Below the pieces are notes generated by a model. The model ran no database searches and was not told the DNA's origin. It was given only the letters and a program-made list of their open reading frames with translations. From the IMG/VR virus record IMGVR_UViG_3300002307_000092, positions 1 through 43,505 of that record: a DNA stretch of 43,505 nucleotides. One strand, written 5' to 3'. Source of the stretch: a virus. Taxonomy: Duplodnaviria > Caudoviricetes. Shown here piece by piece: positions 35,500-43,505 of this stretch (position 1 is the first letter of the stretch; every line of letters starts with the position of its first letter). Both the position numbers and the translations under genes were made by a program.

Positions 35500-37406
35500 T
35501 ATTTTAATCCTGATAGTCTAATGATAGATTCCATTTCTTCATTAAAATGTAATCCAGTAATTTCATCCATAATTTCACCTAAATGTTGATCTCTAGGATC
35601 TTTATTATGGGTATGTGAAAGAGGAGATGCATCGGGCACTGACGTTTCGGCAGCGGGCAGTGTGCTCGGATCTTTCTTCTCGATAAACTTTAATACGTTA
35701 ATTAAATCTTCAGGAGATGAATTGGGAAATGCGCCATCTTCAAATTCTTTCTTTATCTTGATTTTAATTCTTTCGCCGCCTAATGGGAAATTTTTATGTT
35801 CTCTGTTATAAAAACCAGAAACATATTTTAACATTTCATTTAATCCGTCTTCACTAAAACTCTCTGCCATAGGAGGCATTGCAGCAGGTGCCTGTGGAGT
35901 AGCCATTCCTTGTGGTGCAACAGGGGGTGCTTCGGCAGGAATCGGTACAGGTTCGGGAGCTGGTTCTGTTTTAGGTTGTGCCGGCTCTTCTTCTGGCTCT
36001 TCCGGTTCTGCACCATTGAAATCTAATCGATCAGCAATTGTAGGGTCAGTGTCTGTAATGTATTGTTGTATCAACGGACGAACATCTAAGTCGGGATCAA
36101 TATGCTGTAAATCTTCTAAGAAGTCTGGGTCATCAATAATACCTTTTAAACTTTCAATGGCATTGACTCCGTCTGGCCCACCTTTAAGTTCCTTTTCCAT
36201 TATTTGATTTAGAGTCTCAATTGCATCCGTTTGTTCTAATCTATTAAGGCTGAACAACGGGCCTTTATCAGAATTATCATCTACATCAATTGCTTCCATA
36301 AATGATTCAAATTCAGCAATAGGATCAAATCCTTCGTTCTTTTTCGAACCACACATACAAGGTCTTTTTCCAGTAACGGGACATAACTTACCTTCTTCAT
36401 CTAATAGATCGTCAGCATTAAGTTCTTTAACTGGAATATCTGACTCATCAATAAACTTGTAAATGAATGGAAATGCTGCTTTTAATTCTTCATTAAAAGT
36501 GCGAATAGTCAAACGGTCGACAAGATCATTTATAATGTCTTCTGGGAGGACCTGTTCGGCTGATTCTTTATATGATTCAATAAAGGATTCATAGAAGGTT
36601 GGCTTTTGTAAGTTATGTATTTCTTTTTTAAGCTCGTCAATACGTCCTGAAAGTTTATTAGTAATGCCGCTCATTGTTTCTGCAACCATTGGAGTACGAC
36701 CAACAAACCCTTTAAATTTACGTAGTTGTGCAAGTTCTTCACTCAACCCTGTAATATACTTGCCAACTGAGTCGTACGGATTTCCACCGTGCTTTAAATG
36801 CTCTGCTAATGCTCGAGCACCATTTAAATGTTTGAACGGATATCTAAATCTTTCGCCTAATGCATTTTCAACATAAATGTTTTCAATATGCATTGTGCGG
36901 CCTGCTGGCAGGTCCGGATTAACTGGTTGGCTATGCTTAATAATTAGCCTTGCTTCGCCTAAGTCTTGGTAACTAATTTTAGTTGTGCCGAATAATTTAC
37001 TTTCCATAACCGGGTATTCCTTACGTTTTGCTTGAAATTGATAATCTCTTTTATCTAAGTTACTTTTACCTATGTTTTGAATATCAAAATTTAGTAGTCG
37101 ATCTTTTGCAAATTGTCTAAATGATCTAATAAATTTAAATGCACCATGCCGAGTAGAATCATCGGCATCGTTAGTAATATCACCACTGACTTGAATAATT
37201 AGACCATCATCTGAATCAAGTGTAACAGTAATAGTGCCTAACGGTTGACTATTTTCTTCATATTCAAATTCAAAGAATCTAGCCCTAGGGATATCTTCTT
37301 TTTTACTTAATACATTCGCATTTTCATCGCCGATTTTAATAGCAGGAAAACGGGTTTGTATTTTACCGTATAATTCTTTAGCAATTTTATCTAAATTAGC
37401 GTCCAT
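35499..37406 (-). CDS. Large conserved virion/head-associated protein
   Basis: GATAAATA 4 nt before ATG at 37406; GERFRYPF.HL.GARA motif; acidic Pro-rich linker. Confidence 0.7.
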   Translation of the reverse strand: MDANLDKIAKELYGKIQTRFPAIKIGDENANVLSKKEDIPRARFFEFEYEENSQPLGTITVTLDSDDGLIIQVSGDITNDADDSTRHGAFKFIRSFRQFAKDRLLNFDIQNIGKSNLDKRDYQFQAKRKEYPVMESKLFGTTKISYQDLGEARLIIKHSQPVNPDLPAGRTMHIENIYVENALGERFRYPFKHLNGARALAEHLKHGGNPYDSVGKYITGLSEELAQLRKFKGFVGRTPMVAETMSGITNKLSGRIDELKKEIHNLQKPTFYESFIESYKESAEQVLPEDIINDLVDRLTIRTFNEELKAAFPFIYKFIDESDIPVKELNADDLLDEEGKLCPVTGKRPCMCGSKKNEGFDPIAEFESFMEAIDVDDNSDKGPLFSLNRLEQTDAIETLNQIMEKELKGGPDGVNAIESLKGIIDDPDFLEDLQHIDPDLDVRPLIQQYITDTDPTIADRLDFNGAEPEEPEEEPAQPKTEPAPEPVPIPAEAPPVAPQGMATPQAPAAMPPMAESFSEDGLNEMLKYVSGFYNREHKNFPLGGERIKIKIKKEFEDGAFPNSSPEDLINVLKFIEKKDPSTLPAAETSVPDASPLSHTHNKDPRDQHLGEIMDEITGLHFNEEMESIIRLSGLK

Positions 37407-37416
37407 GTTATATTTA

Positions 37417-38514
37417 TCAGATACCTGTTGAAACAAATATTGGTAGGGGAGCTTCCCAGTCATCGTCAAAATGATTACCTACGCTAAGTTTTTCGAAAAC
37501 TAACGGGTCCCATTCTGCTAACGTTACACTCATCCTAATTATTAATAATGTGGCAGAAACAAGGTCATCGTGTTCTCCTAATTTTGCCTTAAATGATACT
37601 CCGTGCGCAATAAAATTCTTTAATTCACTTATTAATGATTTACTTTTAACAACCATCTTGTCTTCTTCAATTAGAAATTTTAATCGAGAACATGCTGAAA
37701 TTTTACTCCCATGTGTTGTATTAAATCCTTTTCTAAACCTGCGGACATGCCCTTTTTTCATCGGCTCGCATAAGAATAATCCCGGAAACGTATCTTCACC
37801 TAAATCCGAAACAACAACTAATCCTGCCTCGCCCACTGTATTATTTTCAATCGACCAATAAATGTTATTACTAATGTCTGGGCCTAGTTCTGATTGAATG
37901 TATTGCAATATATCTCGAAGCATTTTTATTTGGCCTTGGATCGGGGTGATATTATGCTGCCACTCTCCTACCTGGATCATACTAGGCAATTCAAAAACCT
38001 GTATTCCTGCAAAGTCCCCACCTGTACCTAAACTCGGGTCCAATGATACCAGGTAAATGTTTCCCGGTTCGATTTTCTTATACCATCGAACTTGCCCAAC
38101 TTTAAATATCGGATCTTTACCAACAAGTTCCGATAGTTTAATACTGTTAACTAATGTTTCATCGTATACTAAAAATTCGCAATTCTTTACTAGAACTCCG
38201 TTTGCATAATATCTATGATTTTTTTCAACTTTATACAAATCGTACACAGGCTCTGAATCAGCAAGATCGATCGATACAACTTCATCTAAAGCATTTTCTA
38301 CTAATATCTGTTGCCCTGATGTTAACTTACCGGCTTCGATCGTATCATAATCAGGGAGATATAATTTGTGATCTGGGGTGCAGGTTAATGTGTGTTGTTG
38401 CGTATGTAGTTTTATTGTATTTTTGACGCCTTTTAATAATATGCCTTCAAAATCACTCCAACCGGAGTCTGTTAATACCTGTAATCCTAATTTATTTTTT
38501 AATAATTCGTCCAC
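37417..38514 (-). CDS. terL: Terminase large subunit part 3: C-intein (111 aa) plus nuclease domain
   Basis: CTPDH...VYDL...YYANGVLVKN|CEFL; LDPSLG.GGD, IENN and HDDLV. Confidence 0.93.
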   Translation of the reverse strand: MDELLKNKLGLQVLTDSGWSDFEGILLKGVKNTIKLHTQQHTLTCTPDHKLYLPDYDTIEAGKLTSGQQILVENALDEVVSIDLADSEPVYDLYKVEKNHRYYANGVLVKNCEFLVYDETLVNSIKLSELVGKDPIFKVGQVRWYKKIEPGNIYLVSLDPSLGTGGDFAGIQVFELPSMIQVGEWQHNITPIQGQIKMLRDILQYIQSELGPDISNNIYWSIENNTVGEAGLVVVSDLGEDTFPGLFLCEPMKKGHVRRFRKGFNTTHGSKISACSRLKFLIEEDKMVVKSKSLISELKNFIAHGVSFKAKLGEHDDLVSATLLIIRMSVTLAEWDPLVFEKLSVGNHFDDDWEAPLPIFVSTGI

Positions 38515-38578
38515 GTAGAAACTCCTCTGGTTGTTCGTCTTTTTTATATTGCTGGTTAATTGTTCTGTTATTATACCA
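38492..38578 (-). pseudogene. C-terminal remnant of a homing endonuclease between intein halves
   Basis: Translates WYNNRTINQQYKKDEQPEEFLRGRIIKK*; supplies SD GAGGAG for the next ORF. Confidence 0.6.
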
Positions 38579-38585
38579 GACTAAA

Positions 38586-39335
<750 letters not shown>

Positions 39336-39977
39336 TCACTCAAAAATATTCGTAGGATTATACAATCTAGTGTATAATTCCTTTAGTGTGATATCTTCTT
39401 CAACTAACGTAGTTTTATTCCTAATTCTAACAACAGTTGTTTCTCCATCTAAACAGTATAATAACGAAATAGACATACCGCGTCCAGTATTTCCTGTAGT
39501 AGTAGCACTTACGATACGTGAACCATTATCAAATTCAATCGATCCTTTATTGTAACTCACAACACCTGCACGAATATAATCCGGACACAATTCGTATCCA
39601 TATCTAATACGTTGCATAATTTCTTGGGCACCGGTATATTTGTGGGCTGCTACAAGAATTGTTTGGTCTGGATGAAACATCGCAAACCAAAGTAAATAAG
39701 CACTAGCACATGTCGTTTTACCGCTCTGTCTCGGTAACATATTAATATTAAATCGATGATTATGGTAACTACTCATTAGTCGTACTTGATAATCAAACGG
39801 TTCGAATAATAGTTTGCCTTTTACCGCATGTTGGATATAAAAAAAGCGTTTTGCAAAATGTAAGTATCCAATTTCTGGATCCATACATGCAGCAAAGTCA
39901 AGAACTTGCTGATCTGAATATTGTTGTTTTATATGGGCCTTTTTAGTCAAGACTCCATCTAATGATTTACTAGCCAT
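39336..39977 (-). CDS. terL: Terminase large subunit part 1: ATPase N-terminus plus N-intein (39 aa)
   Basis: PRQSGKTT Walker A, GRGMSISLLY|CLDGET. Confidence 0.93.
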   Translation of the reverse strand: MASKSLDGVLTKKAHIKQQYSDQQVLDFAACMDPEIGYLHFAKRFFYIQHAVKGKLLFEPFDYQVRLMSSYHNHRFNINMLPRQSGKTTCASAYLLWFAMFHPDQTILVAAHKYTGAQEIMQRIRYGYELCPDYIRAGVVSYNKGSIEFDNGSRIVSATTTGNTGRGMSISLLYCLDGETTVVRIRNKTTLVEEDITLKELYTRLYNPTNIFE

Positions 39978-39992
39978 AGTGTTATTTAAAAG

Positions 39993-40018
39993 AAAAACGG
40001 GCAAAATTGCCCGTTTTT
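39993..40018 (-). terminator. Intrinsic terminator
   Basis: AAAAACGGGCAA-AA-TTGCCCGTTTTT. Confidence 0.75.
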
Positions 40019-40048
40019 GAACTAAGTTACGCCAACGACTGCGTTCTG

Positions 40049-41080
40049 TTAATAATCATTATCCGGTGGGTCTAATTTTTCTGACCACTGCTTTTCAAAA
40101 TGATCTGATGCTATATTATAAACTTTGTCAAGCCACTGTTTGTTTACTGATTTTAAATCAATCGGAAGAGTGTAATCGTCAGTATGTTCGTCATAAAGTG
40201 TGATACTATTAATTGTAAAATCATCGCGTTCCATCGATGCATCAATCAATGCATATACAGTTTGTCCAGCTGGTACACCTAATTTTGGTAAATCATGCGG
40301 TGCCGGGATAGCAACTTCATCGGCTTCTTCGTTACCATATCCATAAAAATGATCATAGAAATCATAGTAACTCGGCTCTGGCTCTGGACTACGGCCACCC
40401 CATGTTTGAGGATCACCATAACCATATTGAGTAAAATTATTTTCAGTCATTCGTGTTTTTACTTCTGCATAATGTTTTGATAATTTCTCAGCAATTGCTG
40501 ATTCACTAACATTCCAAGGATTTCCGCCGCCTGCTTGTTTAAGTGCTTCTTTACCCTTACTCGCTAAGTCGTCGCCTAGGTCAGTAATTGCTGCAATAGA
40601 TTTAATACGAACATCTGGTCTGTTTGCATAATCTTCTTCTTCTTCTGGTTCTTCATCGAGCGATTCTTCTTCAGGACTAAACTTCATGCTTTCGTCTTCT
40701 TCAGGTTCATCAAGCATCTCCGGTTCTACATGATCAGGTTGTCCGATAATAATTTCATCGTCACCATGTGGTTCGTGTTGCGGCATCGGTTCGTGATCAT
40801 TATCAGGAACAGCATCCTCAATATTACGTAGAATATTCATTAAGTCTCGGATGCCGCCCGACCCTTGTCCACTCATTGTAACATTCATGCTAACAGAATC
40901 TTGCTGTTTAGGAGACATAGAATTCATTTCGCCGCATTCGCCCATTGGCCCACATTCTTCAATTCCTTTCTCAACGATCGGAGATGACGGTGGTGCCGAA
41001 ATGGCTTGGGGCATCATATTGCCTTGCGACAGTCCCTCATCAAGATTTTTAATTTTTTTGTATAGATCTAAAAAGTTCAT
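40049..41080 (-). CDS. Acidic hypothetical (head-associated?) protein
   Basis: 343-aa ORF; YANRPD and GGNP motifs. Confidence 0.75.
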   Translation of the reverse strand: MNFLDLYKKIKNLDEGLSQGNMMPQAISAPPSSPIVEKGIEECGPMGECGEMNSMSPKQQDSVSMNVTMSGQGSGGIRDLMNILRNIEDAVPDNDHEPMPQHEPHGDDEIIIGQPDHVEPEMLDEPEEDESMKFSPEEESLDEEPEEEEDYANRPDVRIKSIAAITDLGDDLASKGKEALKQAGGGNPWNVSESAIAEKLSKHYAEVKTRMTENNFTQYGYGDPQTWGGRSPEPEPSYYDFYDHFYGYGNEEADEVAIPAPHDLPKLGVPAGQTVYALIDASMERDDFTINSITLYDEHTDDYTLPIDLKSVNKQWLDKVYNIASDHFEKQWSEKLDPPDNDY

Positions 41081-41694
41081 TATTTTATCCTTGTTGCTGG
41101 GTCAGGATTACCAATCTTCGAAAAGATAGTAGTATTATTCTGTGTTACGTTATTTGCAGCCGGCCCGTTAGTTCTAGGACCACTTTTTGCTAATAGTTGA
41201 TCGTTTACACCAGTGTATTGCTCAAGTTCATGTTTAGTTTTGTTAAGTTCTTTTAACAAACCCATTTTTTGGTTATCGCCAACTAAATCTTGATTATTAC
41301 TGGCAGGGTAGTCTAAATTTAAAAGAGCATCTTTAGAAATTTCATCGTGTTGATGATTAAGTTCGGTTTCTTCTTCTTCTTTTAAGTTACGAATTTTAAC
41401 GCAGCAAGGAGTTAAACCTAATTGATTTGCAACTAATTCACGGAGTTGTGTACTAATTGCAGGATAACACAGCGCCACATCATAAATAGTTACCCCGATG
41501 TTTTTCTTCTCGGGAAAATCAATTTGTACTTCTTGAATCGGTATACTTTTTCCTTCTGTGCAAGATTCTACTTTAAATTGTGCTAACGCATTTTTAATAC
41601 CGTCACAATGCCCTTTACCGTGATCACCTGCAATTTTAACCTTGAACTCGTAAGATTTTTTGCTTTCTGTTAAATATTCTTTGTATGTTTTCAT
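41080..41694 (-). CDS. Conserved phage hypothetical protein
   Basis: MKTYKEYLTESKKSYEFKVKIAG; ATAAATA upstream. Confidence 0.8.
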   Translation of the reverse strand: MKTYKEYLTESKKSYEFKVKIAGDHGKGHCDGIKNALAQFKVESCTEGKSIPIQEVQIDFPEKKNIGVTIYDVALCYPAISTQLRELVANQLGLTPCCVKIRNLKEEEETELNHQHDEISKDALLNLDYPASNNQDLVGDNQKMGLLKELNKTKHELEQYTGVNDQLLAKSGPRTNGPAANNVTQNNTTIFSKIGNPDPATRIK

Positions 41695-41715
41695 GACATG
41701 GTTCCAATACTATAT

Positions 41716-42204
41716 TTATTTCATATTCTTTAATTTTTCTAATAGACTATTGCGATCAGTAACAATAAAGCCTTCGCCATTAATATCAATTCCGCTATCT
41801 GCACTTTGTGCATCTTGGTCTAACTTAGCTTTTTTAAGTTGTAATTCGATCATTTTTAATTTTTTATCGATCTTTGCAGCCTTGGCATCAATAGCGTTTT
41901 TAAGCATTGAGCCTGCAACTTCAAAAATTCTTCCGCTATACCGAGCTTCTACATTCATGCCTAGATCCATTAAATCGTCGTATGCATCGGTTGCTCGCTG
42001 TGCCAGTGCGTCGAATTCTGAATCACTCACATCCCCCAACCCTTTAACTTGAGGTAATGACGCAGAAATTTTGTCAAATTCTGCTATATCTCTAAAGAAA
42101 GGGTCAGGATCTATTTTTATAATAGTAGACTGCTTGTTTTCTTCCGTTTCAATAATTTCTTTAGTTTCGGGTAGGTTTAGTAACTCTTCTAACTTCTTTG
42201 TCAT
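41716..42204 (-). CDS. Coiled-coil protein, possible terminase small subunit
   Basis: RIFEVAGSMLKNAID...DRNSLL resembles gp16-like pattern; near terL. Confidence 0.45.
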   Translation of the reverse strand: MTKKLEELLNLPETKEIIETEENKQSTIIKIDPDPFFRDIAEFDKISASLPQVKGLGDVSDSEFDALAQRATDAYDDLMDLGMNVEARYSGRIFEVAGSMLKNAIDAKAAKIDKKLKMIELQLKKAKLDQDAQSADSGIDINGEGFIVTDRNSLLEKLKNMK

Positions 42205-42212
42205 AACTTTAC

Positions 42213-42647
42213 TTATCTGCTGCCTTGGTGAAACAGATCATTTTCATTAACTACTCTAAATTTAATACCATTTTGTTTACACCAAATTTGTGCAGCAGCC
42301 CATTTTGCTTGATTCTTAATAAACTGCATTTGATTGGATTTATTTTTACCAACACGTTCCAGAATAGTTTGACTAGCGGGTTTTATTTCGATTAACTCAA
42401 CAAGTATTTTCCCAGTTTTGTCTATATACTGAATAAAAAAATCAGGAATATAAATGGTATTACGTCCGGTCAACGGATCTCGATAAGGTATTGATATTGC
42501 TTCGCTTGCCCATTTTTGTATACTTTCATTTGTATCACAAAAATTCATAAAGTGCCATTCCCATGAACTTCTATATGTAGGCATCTTAGTACCTACATAC
42601 TTCCCCGGGTTTTTTATTGTATATTTACCGCGGGCAAACTTACTCAT
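42213..42647 (-). CDS. 4: Head completion nuclease (T4 gp4-like)
   Basis: NPGKY.G...YRSSWE..FM, WASE...IPY, YIPDF, EIKP, NQAKW.AA. Confidence 0.9.
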   Translation of the reverse strand: MSKFARGKYTIKNPGKYVGTKMPTYRSSWEWHFMNFCDTNESIQKWASEAISIPYRDPLTGRNTIYIPDFFIQYIDKTGKILVELIEIKPASQTILERVGKNKSNQMQFIKNQAKWAAAQIWCKQNGIKFRVVNENDLFHQGSR

Positions 42648-43006
42648 ACAACGATATTTCTAGTATCAAAGCTATTAGTTAATGGGTTAATTCTATATCC
42701 AAGTACGCTAGTATTTTCTCTATATGCGTTAAGAATTTGTGCAACAACTTGACTTAATTCTACGTCAGATAATGTTTTTAATGTATCGATTAATTGAAAT
42801 ACATTCACATTATCTGCACGGGATTGATTCAATAAGACAATTGAAACACTTCTGGAACTTTGCAAATCGAAACCATTTTTTAAAAAGAATCCAACTGTTG
42901 CGTCAATTTCTACCGCAGGAAAACTAACATGATGTTGATAAAACTTATCAAAAAATTGTCTTACATCAGATGTTGGCGGTTCGGTGATTGGTAAATTAGT
43001 ATTCAT
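42644..43006 (-). CDS. Conserved phage hypothetical protein
   Basis: 120-aa ORF coupled to neighbours. Confidence 0.75.
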   Translation of the reverse strand: MNTNLPITEPPTSDVRQFFDKFYQHHVSFPAVEIDATVGFFLKNGFDLQSSRSVSIVLLNQSRADNVNVFQLIDTLKTLSDVELSQVVAQILNAYRENTSVLGYRINPLTNSFDTRNIVV

Positions 43007-43505
43007 TATTGATTAAGATTAACTATAGTTGCTACAGTAGTATTACTAGGTGTTTGACTGGATGGAAAAACTATCCCTTGTAATCCACTTACTCCTTGGC
43101 CGGCTGACCCGGGTACGTTTGAAATAATTCCGGCTATTGTTCCGGTAGGTAAAGGAGATTTTGTATTTTGGTAGGTATTTATTGTAGTATTAATATTATT
43201 AGCCGCCAATGAAGCATTTGGTTGCGCAACAAATGTCGGACTGCTTGTTTGTGTTACTAACCCGGTTAACGGTGACGGTGTAAGATCATAATGTGTCTCT
43301 GCGAATCCGATTGGCTGACCTCCGCCAATCGGGCCAACGTTATATGAAACTGCCTCGTATGCAATGTCCATAGTATTATCGTGTATCGCATTATCGTAAT
43401 AACTTACTTTATTATGATTCCATTTTGTAATTATGGGATTATGTAACGTATACGAAACATATTCATGTCTAGCCATCTGGTAAATTTTTATAGAATTAAA
43501 AAAAG
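43006..43505 (-). CDS. C-terminal part of tail tube/baseplate-like protein (5'-truncated)
   Basis: YTLHNPIITKWNH....Y.....M.IAYE pattern; frame runs off window. Confidence 0.55.
   Translation of the reverse strand, partial: FFNSIKIYQMARHEYVSYTLHNPIITKWNHNKVSYYDNAIHDNTMDIAYEAVSYNVGPIGGGQPIGFAETHYDLTPSPLTGLVTQTSSPTFVAQPNASLAANNINTTINTYQNTKSPLPTGTIAGIISNVPGSAGQGVSGLQGIVFPSSQTPSNTTVATIVNLNQ

Overview
A 43.5-kb segment of a large T4-like (jumbo-type) myovirus. About 1-14.7 kb (+ strand) is an accessory/early region of about 35 short ORFs, most with their own sigma70-type promoter (TTGACA-N16/17-TATACT) and a stereotyped leader (ACACACTTAAACA...GGAGCG...ATG), plus tRNAs and an AAA ATPase. About 14.9-43.5 kb (mostly - strand) holds replication/recombination genes (gp41 helicase, gp61 primase, gp62-like, a minimal DnaE core, UvsW, UvsY, UvsX, gp32), modification enzymes (NodU carbamoyltransferase, epimerase, GT-like, SGNH-like, methyltransferase-like), terminase and virion genes. 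Most unusual: (1) five intergenic hairpins whose loops are antisense to the two conserved parts of the early-gene leader, a candidate phage sRNA switch-off system; (2) a 562-nt gene cassette with no GG, CC or GA and only one TC; (3) two 'nested' tRNA loci where an endonuclease gene plus a complete tRNA sits between the halves of an older tRNA; (4) a three-piece terminase joined by two atypically split inteins, and a split-intein UvsW. All calls come from reading motifs by eye; no database searches were run.
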